From assembly GCF_963921235.1 (NCBI RefSeq), contig NC_086097.1, positions 82,834,001 through 82,898,000 on the forward strand: a stretch of 64,000 bases of DNA, read 5' to 3'. The notes under the pieces were generated by a model, which worked only from the letters and a program-made list of their open reading frames with translations, did no database searches and was not told the DNA's origin. Positions 33,501-48,500 of the stretch are shown here, in pieces. The DNA comes from Mobula hypostoma. Lineage: Eukaryota. A program made the position numbers and the translations under genes. Within the stretch, counting starts at the first letter, position 1, and each line of letters begins with the position of its first letter.

Positions 33501-36500
33501 ACGTATAGATGATGTGTTAGAAAGGGGAGAAAAGATGATTGCAGATCAAAGACCTGATGCAGGTACTATTGAAGAGCAATTGGAAGAGTTAAAAGGATTG
33601 TGGGATAAGCTACAGGAAGAAGCAGAGAAAAGGCAAAAGCGACTGGAAGGTACAAATGAAGCCCAGCAATATTATCTTGATGCTACAGAAGCTGAAGTTT
33701 GGATGAGTGAGCAGGAACTCTACATGATCTCTGATGATAAACCAAAGGTACTCATTTAACTATTGGCCTGTTGTCTCACTGTTGCATGCTGGGTACCCAA
33801 GGGGAGTTGGTTGTTAAAGTGTTAATAATCAGATTTCAATGGTTTCGCTAAAACATGCATCCAGCATAAGTTGGAGGACTTGGAAATGTCCTGAAAAGAA
33901 AACAAAACCTGTCTTATGTAAAGGAACGTTTATGAAAGGAAACAAATGAAAGTAATGATATCAAGCATGGCTGATCCTCAGTCCTGGGATCAAACAAAGT
34001 AGGGATCTTTTAAATATGGGAGTTAAATATTAAATTTAGAATGATTATTAATCAAATAATTTGTTAAAACAATTCAGACTTATTATTCCCCCAATGGGCA
34101 GGGTGGCATTGAGGAACAGATATGCAGGCAAATTAAGGAAAGATGTAAAAACAATAGGGTTGGTGTCATGTGGGACTTCAACTTCCATAATACTTTATAC
34201 TTTATTGTCGCCAAACAATTGGTACTACAACAAACAATCATCACAGCGATATTTGATTCTGCACTTCACACTCCCTGGATTACAAATATTAAATATTAAA
34301 GATATTAAAAATAGTTAAAATTAATAAATACTAAAAATTTAAATTATAAATCATAAATAGAAAATAGAAAAATGGGAAGTAAGGTAGTGCAACAAAACTG
34401 AGAGGCAGGTCTGGATATTTGGAGGCTACGGCCCAGATCCGGGTCAGGATCCATTCAGCAGTCTTATCACAGTTGGAAAGAAGCTGTTCCCAAATCTGGC
34501 CGTACAAGCCTTCAAGCTCCTGAACCTTCTCTCGGAGGGAAGAGGGATGAAAAGTGTGTTGACTGGGTGGGTCGTGTCCTTGATTATCCTGGCAGCACTG
34601 CTCCGACAGCATGCAGTGTAAAGTGAGTCCAAGGACTGAAGATTGATTTGTGTGATGTGTTGCGCCATGTTCACGAACTTCTGTAGCTTCTTTCAGTCTT
34701 GGACAGGACAACTTCCATACCAGGCTGTGATGCACCCTACAAGAATGCTTTCTACGGTGCATCTATAAAAATTAGTGAGGGCATAGGATCAATGATGAAT
34801 TGGCTGTTTGGATTCTGAACTGGCTTGCCCAGAGAAGACAGGGGGTGGTAGTTGAAGGAACTTATTCTAGTTGGAGGTCTGTGGTTAGTGGTGTTTTGAA
34901 GGGATCTGTACTGGGACCTCTGCTGTTTGTGTTGTATATAAGTGGCCTGGATGAAAATGTAGATGGAACGGTTAGTAAGTTTGCAGATGATACGAAGGTT
35001 GGCAGTGTTACGGAAAGAGTAGAAGACTTGCAAAGAAGACAGCACAATCTAGATCATTTGAAGATATGAGCTGAGAAATGGTAGATGGAGTTTAACCAGG
35101 CTAAAGGTGAAGTGTTGCACTTTGGTAGGTCAAATGCAAAGAGACAGTGCACTGTTAAGGGCAAGATTCTTCACAAAATTGATGACCCTTGGAGGGTCAG
35201 ACACCCTGAGCCAATAGGCTGGTCCTGGACTTATTTCCTGGCATAATTTACATATTATTATTTAATTATTTATGGTTTTGTATTGCTATATTTATACTCT
35301 ATTCTTGGCTGGTGCAACTGTAACGAAACCCAATTTCCCTCGGGATCAATAAAGTATAACTATGACTATGACTATGAGCAGAGGTCTCTGAAAGTGGTGA
35401 TACAGGTTGATAGGGTGGTTAAGAAAGCATTTGGCATGTTTGCCTTTATTAGTCTAGGCACTGATTGCAAAAGTCAGAAAGTTATGTTGCAACTTTATAA
35501 CACTCGAATTAGTCCGCCTCTGGAGAACTGCATGCAGTTCTGGTCGCTCCATTATAGGAAGGATGTTGAGACTTTGGAGAGGGTGCAGAGGAGGTTTAGC
35601 AGGATGTTGCCTGGATTAGAGGGCATGTGCTATAACAAGAGGATGGACAAACTTGGTGTGTGTTTTCTAGAGCAGAGAGAGAGGGGAGAACTGATAGAGA
35701 TCTATAACATTACGAGAGGCCTAGACAGAGTACACAAGCAGTGTCTTTGTCCCGAGGGCATGCATTTAAGGTGAGGGAGGGTAATTCCACTGGAGATATG
35801 AGGGGCAATTTTTTTTTACACAGAGAATGGTGGGTTCCTGGAAAGTGCTGCCTGGGGTGGTGGTAGAGGCAGAAACATTAGAGACTTTTAAGAGATATTG
35901 TGAGGAAAATGGAAGGATATGGACATTGTGTAGGCAGAAGAGATTAGTTTAGTTATCCTTTAGATTATTAATTACTAATATAATTGGTTTGGCACAACGT
36001 TATGGGCTAAAGGCTCTGTTCCTGTGCTCTACTGTTTTACGTTCTCTATATTCAAAATAATGCAAAGATGGTCAGAATACATCAAAGACCTATACAACGA
36101 CAAAGACCGAGAGGACAACTCTGATATTGGCAACACAACAAGGGCCTGGCAATACTGAAAGAAGAAGTGAAACATGCTATGAAGAAAATGCATTCCAGTT
36201 GAACCGTATGAAGCGCTAGAAGATTTTGGTGTAGAGAAATTAACAATCTTATTGAATAGAATATACAACAGTGGCAAAGTACCAGAAGATTTTTTAAAGA
36301 CAGTATTCATTGCACTGTCAAAGAAACCAGGTGCAACAGAGTGTGGACAACACAGAACAATTAGTTCAATGAGCCACCTCACAAAAATTCTACTTAGAAT
36401 CATCATGCTCAGAATAAGAAACAAAATTAAACTAGAGATCAGTGAAGAACAGTGCAGCTTTGTGGAAGGCAAGGGAACATCAAACGCCACTTATATTCTC

Positions 36501-39500
36501 AGGAATATTATCGAGAGGTCAATAGAAGTACAACAAGACCTATACTTCTGTTTCATTGACTACACAAAAGCCTTTGACACAGTGAAACAACAAGTCATCG
36601 TGAAAATGCTTAAAGATATTAATATCGACGGAAAAGATCTAAGAATAATCAGGAATCTCCACTGGCAACAAAGTGCAGCCATACGGATAGACAACGAGAT
36701 TGGTGAATATCAGCCAATAAAGCGAGGAGTCAGACAGGGTTGTGTTCTATCACCAGACCTGTTCTCCCTGTACAGTGAAAACATCATGAGAACCATACAA
36801 GACCTACCTGGAAAAATTATAGGAGGATACAATATCAACAACCTCCGCTATGCGGATGATACAGTACTGAGTGCAAACAGTGAAGTAAGTTTACAGAAAC
36901 TAGTATCCACCATCAACACAGAGAGTGAAAGACTTGGCCTAACCTTAAACAAAAAGAAAACTGAAGTAATGATAATAACAAAGAAACCTGATATCCCAAT
37001 CTGTAGGATTGTATTGGGAAATGAAATCCTGAAACAAGTTCGCAACTTCAAGTACCTTAGATCATGGGTAACATCTGATGGCAAATGCAAAACAGACATA
37101 AAAGCAAGAATAGCAATGGCAAGAGCAGCATATACAGAAATGAGAAACATCCCAACAAACAAGAAAATAGCAATCGACATCCCCTTAGAACTCTCAGCGG
37201 CTACGTTTTTCCTATGTTGATGTATGGCTGCGAGTCATGGGCCATCACAAATGCAATGGAAAAAAGAATCAATGCAGCAGAGATGTGGTTCCTCAGAAGA
37301 ATGCCATGCGTATCATACACGGACAGGATAACCAATGAAGAAGTTCTACAGAGAACAAAAACAAAACGTACATTACTTTAAAAAAAATCAGAAAACAGCA
37401 ATCAAAATTCTGTGGGCACATCAAACAAAGAGAGACATTAGAACATTTAGTTACAACTGGAAAGCTGGAAGGAAAAAGAAGCAGAGGAATGAAAATGATA
37501 GACGGAATAACATCATGGTTAGAAACAGGGGAGGCAACAACTACAATTCGGAGGGTCAGGGACCGTGATGGATGGAGAGACATGATCGCCTACACTGAAC
37601 AGCAAGGCACCTGAATGAATGAATATTCAAGCCAGGAAACTTATGAGTAAAGTAATTGAAATCATTTATAATTCTTTTCATGAATAAACTACTTTCAAAG
37701 GTTCCAAGGCACAATTATCTCACGCGTCTTATCTGTGTTATGCATCTTTGATATTAGCACAAAGGGCTTTATCAGCCTAGACTTCATCTGCCTCCTGGAC
37801 TCACCACTTTACTGCTCAGAATCTCTCTTCATGTAAGGATCTGAACAGGCTGAGACTCTACACCAAGAGGCATCAAGTGGGGCAGAGTAGAGAGAGCAAT
37901 ATGTGGACCTCAGTGCAGCAGTTACTGATGCTGCTTCATAGTTCCAGTGACCAAGTGTTATCCTGATAGCTGGAGAAGCCTATGCAGATTTTATTTATTC
38001 TCCTGTGATTGTGGGTGCCTCAGGTTCCTCCTACACTCCAAAGACGTGCTGATTGGTGGGTTAATTGGCTATTGTAAGTAACAACCCATCGACTGGGTGA
38101 GTAGCAGGAGAATCAGATCGGAGTTCATGAACATATGAGAGATAATAGAAGGCAGCACATCAAGGGGGAATGGGACTGATGGGAGTGCTCTGAGAGCCAG
38201 CACAGACCTGAGGGGATGAACAGCCTCTTCCTATACCATGAAAAAAATAATATCAAAAGTAAGGTTTCGTATTTCTGAGGCCCATCATCAGGACACTCTG
38301 ATGGATTTGGGTGGCTCATCAATATCAAAGGATTTCAAAGTGTTTTAAAACGTTTCTGGTGGACAAAGTTATTGGAAAATGGCTACCATAGGGGGCATAG
38401 TTTGAAGATGCTTGGAAGTCAGTACATGGGGGGATGTTGGAGGTAAGTTTTTCACATGGACAGTGGTGGGGTGCGGAATGCACTGCCAGCAACAGTGGTA
38501 GAGGCGGATACAATAGGGTCCTTTAAGAGACTCTTAGATAGGTACATTGAGCTTAGAAAAATAGAGGGCAATGCAGTAGGGAAATTCTAGGCAATTTCTA
38601 GAGTAGGTTACACAGTCAGCACAACATTGTGGACCAAAGGGCCTGTAATGTGCTGTAGATTTCTATGTTCTATGAAAAGTGCAAATAGATATAGCTGATC
38701 TCTAAATGATTAGTACGTTTAGAAAAATAAAAAGGATTAGGTATATATAATCAGAACAGATGCCGAAAATAATTGAAAACTTTGAGTTAAGTAAATGCAA
38801 CCACCTACCTAGACTTTTCCACAGTGCTGGCCACTCCATTCGAATGAGTCAGCTTGGCATAGATATGCATATCCATATCCATATCCAGAAACGAGGAATC
38901 TGATGTGAAGTGAAGCTTGCCCCTATCATCACATTAGTGCTCTGCTACTCGACCCAACAGTGAGCTCAATGGTGGAGTGGGAGGTCAAATACCTTAGCTC
39001 CTGTTGTTGAAACCTATTTTACTAATTCTTTTCCCAAGTGTTGGCCCAACAATACACAAAGACAAGCTTCTGGTTTATCTTCAGAAATGTTGAAAACTAT
39101 GGTTCTTAGAATATTTTTGTCTGAATCGTGTTTTCTTGAATTGGTCTCATGCAACCCTCTCCTCAGGATCTCAGGAGGGATGACTTAACTTCCACTGGTC
39201 ATAAAGTGGTGTAAATCACCACAAGGAGACCACCCCTTTTGTTTGCTGACCACACTACTACCGTTGACTGAATCAAAGGTGACGACAAATCAGCATATAG
39301 GAGAGAGACTGAAAATCTGGTAGCACAACAAAAACCTCTTACTCAATATCAGCAAGAATAAGGAGCTGCTTATTGACTTCAGGAGGAGGAAAGTGGAGGT
39401 CCATGAGTCCTCATTGGGAGATTAGAGGTGGAGAGAGTCAGCAACTTTAAATTCCTTGGTGTTATCATTTCAACACGTAAGTGCAATAATGAAGAATGCA

Positions 39501-42500
39501 TAGCAACACCTCTACTTCCTCAGAAGCTTATGAAGATTCGGCATGCCATCTAAACCTTGGACAAACTTCTACAGATGTGTAGTGGAGAGTATATTGATTG
39601 GTTGCATCACAGCCTGGAATGGAAACACTAATACCCTTGAATGGAAAACCCTACAAAAAGTAGTGGTTATGGCCCTGTCTGTCACGGGTAAAACCCTCCC
39701 CACCATTGAGCACATCTACACTGAGTTCTGTCACAGGAAAGCAGCATCCATCATCTACGACCCCCACCATCCAGGTCATGCTCTCTCCTCACTGCTGTGT
39801 GTTTACTGTGTATGCCTGCAAGAAAAAGAATTTTTGGGGTTGTATATATGTACTTTGATACGAAATCTACTATGAACTTTTATCCCTGGTCCCTCAGGTT
39901 AGTTTTATATTATATATGCACTGGCGTTACAGAGATAGATTGGAAAGATGTTTTTAGGACACACTTTCGGGTCTCCCATTAGTACATAGATTTGTTTTAC
40001 TAAAGAAAGTAGGCAAGTAATTTACTCATCAGTTCCTTATCATCATTTCATCCAAATATCTCAATTGGTTGACAGTCACCAACAAATAAAACACTGTGAA
40101 TATCTGAGTAAAATTCATAAAGATTACTGAGAAAGTTGCAAATAGATCTAATAACCCTCACAGGTAAGAGTGGCCATAAGACTCGGATTTGATTGATCTT
40201 TCTTACAGGGTTTCCAACCTGATCTTTAAAAATGGGCATTACATCCAGCATCTCGTATAAATTATGTCATTTAAGATTTAACTAGCTATAATTATATTTA
40301 AACCATAAATTATATTATTTTTGGAAAGTCACTAAATCTAAATATAGTTATATATTTAAAAGTAATGTTACACTTGCTGAAGTTATAACGTGGAGGAATG
40401 GATGATTAGATTTAGATAACATAGTGTAGTGTAAAAAGATCTTTCCAGCAAAAACCCTGTTTTATGCCCTGGCTGTTTACTTGAACCAGCTGGGATGTAA
40501 CTTGTTGCTTACAGACTCCTCATAAGTATTGCTGTTGAATGCTGGGTGAATGAATAACCTGACTTTGCATTTCCATGAACTACTCCATCTAACAGGCCAG
40601 TCTGGAACCATGTGGTTTTCATACCCATATGGTGTTGTAGTATCAACTTGCATTCTTCAGCTATTTCTGTGTCCATATTTGATGTGCTCGTTAAACCTCA
40701 CTTAGCTCAACTAAACTCGTCTTTTGGATAGGGTAGCTTGTAGTAATCACCAGTCAGAGAAGCTTGAAAAATCTTCTACTGACATGTAACATTTTGAACA
40801 TGCTCATCCAAGATAGAAATGTCTAAGGCATGTCCACTATTTATCTTTTCTCCAGGATGAAGCCAGTGCAACTTCAATGTTGAAGAAACACATGACTGTG
40901 CAACAGGCTGTATTGGATTATGGAAAGACTATTCAAGAGCTTGCTGACAGGGCCCAGAAGCTTCTTGCTGAAGACCACCCAGAGGGGTAAGTAGCAATGC
41001 TGTAACGGTCTTAAATCTTAAAAAGTCTACCACATCTTCAAAGATCTACCAAAATATTTGATTATTAATGCCAAAATTGTGCAAGTGATTTAGATGTTTT
41101 ACTGTTGATGTTTGTAGACTAGAAATGCTCAGAAGGGAGTAAAGTAATTGTCTGGTGGACATTAGTGTAACTTTCCTTGGATCCAGCACAAAGAATCACA
41201 TTTTCCAACATGTAGTTGGTGTAGAATGAAAACTGGGTTTCATGAGGAAATATGGGGGGGGGGGCAGGGAGAAAAGTAATTATACTTTTAAAAGGAACTC
41301 CTTTCTGCATGTTTCAGTTTGAATGGTTATCATCCATCAGCAGTCCACATGTAAATTAAAGACCCTGGTTAACCACTGTCTTGTTTTTGGAAAATGTGAG
41401 ACCTGTGTTGTGACAGGGTTACACTTTTTTTGATGCATACCTTTGCAGTTCCACCCTAGAAACTTGGCAGTGAGCTTGAGGCTCAAGGTATCAGCTTTAT
41501 GACAGGGAAGTTGTTATCTTTAGTTTTACAGTGAACGGTGCATGAAGGTAAATGGGACACTCCTCCAAGACTAGGGCCAGGCTTGTTAGCCACTGGAGTG
41601 AGTGTGAAGGTTGAGTTTCGAATGCTGGAAATCGCTGGTTGGAAGAGTGGGTAGTTGAGATAGGATCTGCGATTGGAGTCTGTGCAGTGATGGGTGGATG
41701 ATGGGCAAAGAGCTATTATCAGGTGACAGGCTATGCGAGGATAGGATTAGGTGTTTGATCCCCAGGCAGGAACACATTGCAATGGGATGATAGACGCCTG
41801 TAAATTGAATCTGGGGAATCTGTGTGGGTGGGCTTCAGGTGAATGGGGGTGGGTGACACCAGCGAGTCAAGAGAAATAATAGGATCTGATTTTCATTGTT
41901 GAAGGACACTTAGCCAACCAATAGAAACATGAAGACCCATTATCTTCAATTTAACAAAATACATACAGTTAACATTTTGTACTCAAAAGTAATGTTACGA
42001 TATTCTGGTCAAACAGAGGGCTAATGACATCATTGACCTTGAGTTGGGAATGCAGTTGACTTGAGGGCATGTTTTATTTGTTTTTCCATCTACCCCACTG
42101 TGCCTGCCATTAACTGCATAGCGAAAATACCTGAACAAATCCTGTAGTGACCTGGTTATCAAAGTGTAAACAGAGGAATGAAAATATCCTGTTTTGTACA
42201 TTGAGCCAGCTGTATTATTTTTAGCAGTGATGAACTCCCATTTGTCTGCCCTTGCTTCCATTCTATATTTGCCGTGTTTGCTCAAGTTAAAGTAGAATCA
42301 GGTGCCGGAGATGCTCAGCAGTTCTGGCAGCATCTGTGGAAGGAGAAAGAGAGTGAACGTTTCAAATCAAGGACTCTTTGTAAGACGCTCCACCCCTGAG
42401 TAGTACCCAAGCACAGTGAGTCTGCATCTCAGCAACAGGTTATGTAGCCTAACAGCCCTACAATTGTTTTAATGGTCTACCTCAGTATTCTACAAATATC

Positions 42501-45500
42501 TTCATCAGGGGTTGTAGAAGAGGAGGATTTGGAGTGGCATGCAGCACAGCTCCCCACCAGAATCACTCCCCTTCTCCTATTGTTTCAGTTTGTCCTTGCC
42601 CCACCAAATTTATTTGTGCCTACATTGACTCAACGCTTTCCCCTCTGCTTCAGTCCCTTCCCACTTATATCTGTGATACCTTTGAATTCCAGCCCCATTT
42701 TGACTATTTCCAGTTGCCTGATTCCAACAGTGTCATCTTTACCAAATACAATTCCTTTACATCACCATTGCAGGAGGCCCTCCACTTCTTCCTGGAGCAG
42801 AATGCCAACCAATTCTACCAACGTGTTGATGTCTTCTCCATCAAGTGCTAAGTTGCCTACTGAACTTATTCGTACAACTTCTTCACCATTCACTTCTTCC
42901 TCATCAAAAGTATAGCTATAAACATTCTTACAGACTCAAGTTACACCTGCCTTTTTAAGGGATCTGGGGAACAGTTGACCCTCAGCACATTTTTCAGTAC
43001 ATTAATGTTTTTATTGGTGCTGCATCCTCTACTGATGCAGCACTTATCAATTTCATTACTTTTGAGGTCAATTTCCATCCAGCCCTCATCTTCACATAAT
43101 CAACCTGAACTTTTCTGGGTCTCTCACTCTCTGTCTCAGGAGATAGGCTATGTATTGTCATTTCTTACAAGCTGACTGATTCTCATGGCTACTTCAGCTA
43201 CTCTTCACCCAACCCTGCCTCCTGTAGGACTGTATTCCATTCTTCCAGTTCCATTGTCTTCATCACATTTGCTCCAACCATTCTGTAGCAGCGTCTGTTT
43301 TCTTATACACACCCTCTCAACCAGGACACATAAGGGTAGAGCTCCCTTGGTCCTCATCTTTCACTTCCCAGCCATCACATTCAACAGGTAATTCTGCATA
43401 ATTTTTCCCACTTTCAAAGAAATTCCACTACCAGACATATCTTCCTCTCCTTCCCTTTCAGCATTTCACATGGATTATCACTTGGTGACTCTGGTTAACT
43501 CTTATGTTCCCCACTCTGGTGAGATCTCTCTTGCAGCAGCAAGTGAAGCAACTCCTGTCCTTTCACCTCTTCCCTTTCCACCATCCCAGGATCCAAACAG
43601 ATTTTCCAGGTTGAAGCTGCCTTCTTCCAATGTAATGCACTGCATTCGATCTTCACAAAGCGGTCTCTTATACAATGGAGGAAAATTTGGTAAACTCTTT
43701 GTGGATCACTTACATTAAGTCTGCAGTGGTAGTGAGCTTCTTGTTGCCTGTTGTTGTCATTCTCCATCCCACTGCCACTCTGAACTACCAGTTTGTGGTC
43801 TTCTGCATTGTTACAATGAGGCCAAATGAGGATTGGAAAAATAACGCTTCATCTTCCATATGAACATGTTGCAGCCTTGATATTGAATTGTACAAATTCA
43901 GGTAACTTGATATCTGCCATCTGTTGTCCTTCCGAGATATTGGCTTAGCTTGTTTGTTGGATCAGCATGCTAACTGGTTGCATCACCAATCTGGTATGTA
44001 TAGGACTGGGAAAAACTGCAGAGGATTGTAAACTTAGCCATGGGAACAAGCCTCCCCACCATCGAGAACATTCCTCAAGAAGGTTGCATCCTTCATCAGG
44101 GACTCCCGCCATCCACGGCATGTCCTCTTCTCATTGCTGCCGGGAGGAGGTACAGGAGCCCGAAGACACGCATTCAATGTTTCAGGAACAGCTTCTTCCT
44201 CTCCACTATCAGATTTCTGAACAGATCACGAACCCATGAATATGACTTCACTTTTTTCTCTCTTTTTGCACTGCTTATTAATTATTTTTATATAGCTGGT
44301 TGTGTTAAAGTAATTTTTTAATGTATTGCACTGTATGCTGCCACTTAACAACAAATTTCATGACACACGTCAGAGAATTAACCTGATTCTGATTTGATGT
44401 TCTCACTCTCTTACTGCTCCCATTCATTCATTGACCAGTTAACTTTGTTTACTGCTTATCCCCATGGTCAACCCCTCTCTAGGCACCTCCCCCGCTCTCC
44501 TCCATACTTCCCAGAGCTTAAGAAGCTTATTTTCACATCTTCCCGGTTCTGATGAGGGGGCTTTGACCTGAAACATTAGTTGCTTCTCTTCCCACTAATG
44601 ATGCCTGACCTGCTGAGTATTTCCACCATTTTGGGTTTTTATTTCCAAGATGTGTTTTTGTGTGATATGGCTGAATTTTTAAGGATGTGGTCTTTCATTA
44701 GGTTGTCCTTTCCAGAGGGATGTACTGTTCTTTCGCATTTTTTCATTCCCTCTGCACATTTTTAAAATTTGTTTTCACTTGGAGATGCTTCTTGTGTTTC
44801 TAGATATCCTCACTTAGAGAAAGAATCACACCCCACAGGACTACTAGCTCTGTCATACCAATTGCTAAGGAGCCAATGATTAAAATTTATTGATCAAATT
44901 GATTGCTGCTATTCCAGTTTTAAAGTCCTTAGATTCAAACTATCTTCAAAGTTAATTGCACTCTGTTACTCAATACTCAGGAGTTTTTCTTCACCTGGAT
45001 TTTCCAGACGATAATCAGAATCAGAACCAGGTTTATGATCACCAGCATGTGTCATGAAATTTGTTAACTTAGCAGCAGCAGTTCAATGCAATACATAAGA
45101 TAGAAGAAAAATCAATCAATCAATTACAGTATATGTATATTGAACAGATTAAAAATTGTGCAAAAACAGAAATAATATATATTAAAAAGTGAGGCAGTGT
45201 TCACGGGTTCAATGTCCATTTAGGAATCGGATGGCAGAGGGGAATAAGCTATTCCTGAAACACTGAGTGTTTGCCTCAGGTTTCTGTACCTCCTACCTGA
45301 TGGTAACAGTGAGAAAAGGGCATGCCCTAAGTGCTGGAGGTCCTTAATAATGGATGTTGCCTTTCTGAGACACAGCTCCTTGAAGATGTCCTGGGTACTT
45401 TGTAGGCTAGTACCTAAGATGGAGCCGACTAAATTTACAACCCTCTGCAGCTTCTTTCGGTCCTGTGCAGTAGCCCCCACCCACCCCGCATAACAGACAG

Positions 45501-48500
45501 TGATGTCAGATTACTCTCCATGGTACATCTATAGAAGTTTTTGAATGTTCTTGTTGACATACCAAATGAAGCATCTTTATTTTATCAATATGAAATAAAC
45601 CACAAAATACTTTTGGAATCAATAATAATTGATAGTTTGATTCACTTACAGTGAACAGATCATTAGGCGTCAGGGGCAGGTGGACAAGCTGTATGCAGGA
45701 CTCAGAGATCTAGCAAGTGAGCGTAACAAAAAATTGGAGGATATGCACAATCTCTTCCAGTTGAACCGTGAGGTAACGGACCTGGAGCAATGGATTGCAG
45801 AAAGGGATCTAGCAGCATCTTCACAGGAACTAGGACAAGACTTTGATCAAGTTACGGTGAGTATTTCTTAATTCATTGACAGCATCAATAAAGACACCTT
45901 AATAAAGTATATCAAACTGTAACCTTTCAAGCTGTCTATAAGTTTTTTGAGCCTGCTGTCAATTTACTGAGAGAAGTTCTATTTTATTTTATTTCCTTTT
46001 ATGGATATCGGGTGCACCCAAGCTGATATCAGAACAAGCAATATATAAAACAAAAATTAAACATGTTAGTGAAGCAAGAGAAAAAGAAAAAGTTTTATAC
46101 TGAAATGGCACAACCTTTACTTCTAATAACGTTATCCCATAACAACATTTTAAAAAATCAGTCTCATAAATTTGTGATATAAACTCCAGTTGGTTAAAGA
46201 AAGTTAATGAAGTGATCAGTTAAAGTGATGACTGCTGATTCTGGTCATAAAACCACGGCAGTATTTTCAGAACCCGTGAAGAATCCAGGTCCGAGATGTT
46301 AAAGAGAACCAGGTTTTATTTAGTAATAAAACATCTGCTGGCTCACCTTGATCTACTTTTCACTTCCAGATGCTGAGGGAAAGGTTCCGCGAGTTTGCCC
46401 GGAAAACAGGGTCAATTGGTCAGGAGAGAGTGGACAGTGTGAATAATCTGATTGATGACCTTATTGATTCGGGTCATTCAGAGGCAGCTGACATTGCAGA
46501 ATGGAAGGACAACCTGAATGAAGCATGGGCTGATCTGCTGGAATTGATAGACACAAGGACACAGCTGCTGGCTGCCTCCTATGAACTCCACAAATATTTC
46601 TATGATGGTAAAGAGCTCCTGAGCCTGATCCAGGAAAAGCACAAGGAGTTGCCAGAGGAGCTTGGCCGTGATGCAAACACAGCAGAGTCTTTCCACAGGA
46701 TGCACAATGCATTTGAACGTGACATTCATTCCCTGGGAATACAGGTACTGCATATTGTTACTGTGATAGAAATTAACACATAAGTTCAGTTAAATGGGAA
46801 TAAAGTGACCTTGTGAAAATGATATTAGTTTCATTCATCTGATAAAACCATTCTGAAGTAATTTGTGATGTAACTCATGGTAAGTGTGACAGGCCTAGAC
46901 AGGCCCTGTTCCCCTAAGCTTGGTACCATAGTTGGGTCTGTTATAGCCTATTTGAGAATGGTTGATAGCTATAAGTCAACAACTCCGTTAGTCTAGTAGT
47001 CTGATTACAAACCAGGTTGAATTTGCTTTTTCTTTTGTTTACTCTTCCTTATTTTCCTGGACATCGTGATAAAATATAGCCTTGTACATCAGGTGGTAAT
47101 TTTTTTAGTGCATATTTATATTTTGAGTCATAAAGGACAACTTACACACACTTTTATTAGGGTTTATTTTGTGTTCTGTTGTGATGACTCTGCGCGAATC
47201 AAAAACCCAGCAGAATACTATTCTTTAATGAAAACATCCTGGAATTTTAGCTCTGAGTTGGCTTCATTGCTAACCCCATTAACTTACAATTTGGAAATTG
47301 ATTGATGCCTTACAGAGTGAGCAATAGGCTCTCACTTAAGTCTCCCTCTGGTGTAATTTTGTTGTCATTAGTATAGATTTCATTTAATGAAAAGTTATTA
47401 TATACCTTAAGGACAGGAGGAAGATCATAAACAACATCTCTTTAGAACATATGTGATTAAACTTGGGTGTCCAGTTACAGTTAGGAAAAAAAGCAGGGTA
47501 GGCAAAACATCATGTCTTAACATTATCTTGGCTTGAATATAAAATGGGCCTTTGTTTTAATAGGTTCAGCAGTTCCAAGATGATGCAGGACGTTTGCAAG
47601 CAGCTTATGCAGGGGACAAAGCTGCAGCAATCCAGAAACAAGAGCAAGAGGTGGTTGAGGCCTGGAAGGCACTTTTGGATGCTTGCGATGGTCGGCGCAC
47701 CCAATTAATTGATACCGCTGATAAGTTCCGCTTTTTCAGTATGGTCCGGGATTTGATGTCGTGGATGGAAAGTATTGTAAGGCAGATCGAAACGGAAGAA
47801 AAACCACGGTACTTTGAAATTTCTTTCTCACCGATGCCGAGGCTGTCACTTGCATGGATGGTAGAAAAATAGAGGTCTGTGTAGGGACAAAGAGTTGGAT
47901 TGACCTTAGAATAGGTTAAAAGATTGGCACAACATCAAGGGCAGAAGAGCTTGTGCTGTGCGGTACTGTTCGATGTCTAAGTGAGATCTTTACTGTCATT
48001 TAAGCATACCATGAAGCTGTAATTTGCCTTCTGTAAATATCAGTGTTGCATGTCTTCAACTGAAGATCTGCACTAGTCCCAAGCAACACCACCATCTTCT
48101 TAACGGCACATAGGGATGAGAAATTAATCCAGGGCTGAGGACCGGAGTCAGATCCCACACATGATTAAGTAGGCCTGAAATACAGTCTGAAGCTATTCAA
48201 TGATTAAAATGATATTATCTGATTTGGTTATACTGCAGCAAGCAGCCTTCTGAGGTAGGAAATTGATTTATATGCAAAGAATTGAGTAGATTAGATAAAT
48301 CTATTGTTAAAATCAAAGTCCAACTGACACACCCTGCTTTGGATCATAAAATTAATTTACTAGACTGAGGAAAAATGTGTATTCCGCGCCAACAGACATT
48401 TAGCCCGGAGATTAAACGTGCACGTGAAGAGATATTCATGGAGATTTCGAGGGCAAAAAGTGAGAACAAAGTTGTTGATATTTTTATCTATATTTGCTTT

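Noticed and set aside
38262..38300. Minus-strand GTCCTGATGATGGGCCTCAGAAATACGAAACCTTA, hammerhead-like
   Set aside because: Core words are present but stems I and II do not pair convincingly and the downstream pLTR signature is absent; at best a very decayed copy.
40048..40251. Possible nested antisense exon ([10 protein letters not shown]...)
   Set aside because: No recognisable domain and no partner exons or convincing splice pairing.
41440..41870. G-rich stretch resembling a very old PLE/LINE end
   Set aside because: Too decayed to assign from sequence alone.
47809..47872. In-frame read-through past the exon donor into a CR1 tail as an alternative C-terminus
   Set aside because: Similar short read-throughs follow most exons by chance; the donor is canonical and its phase matches the next exon.
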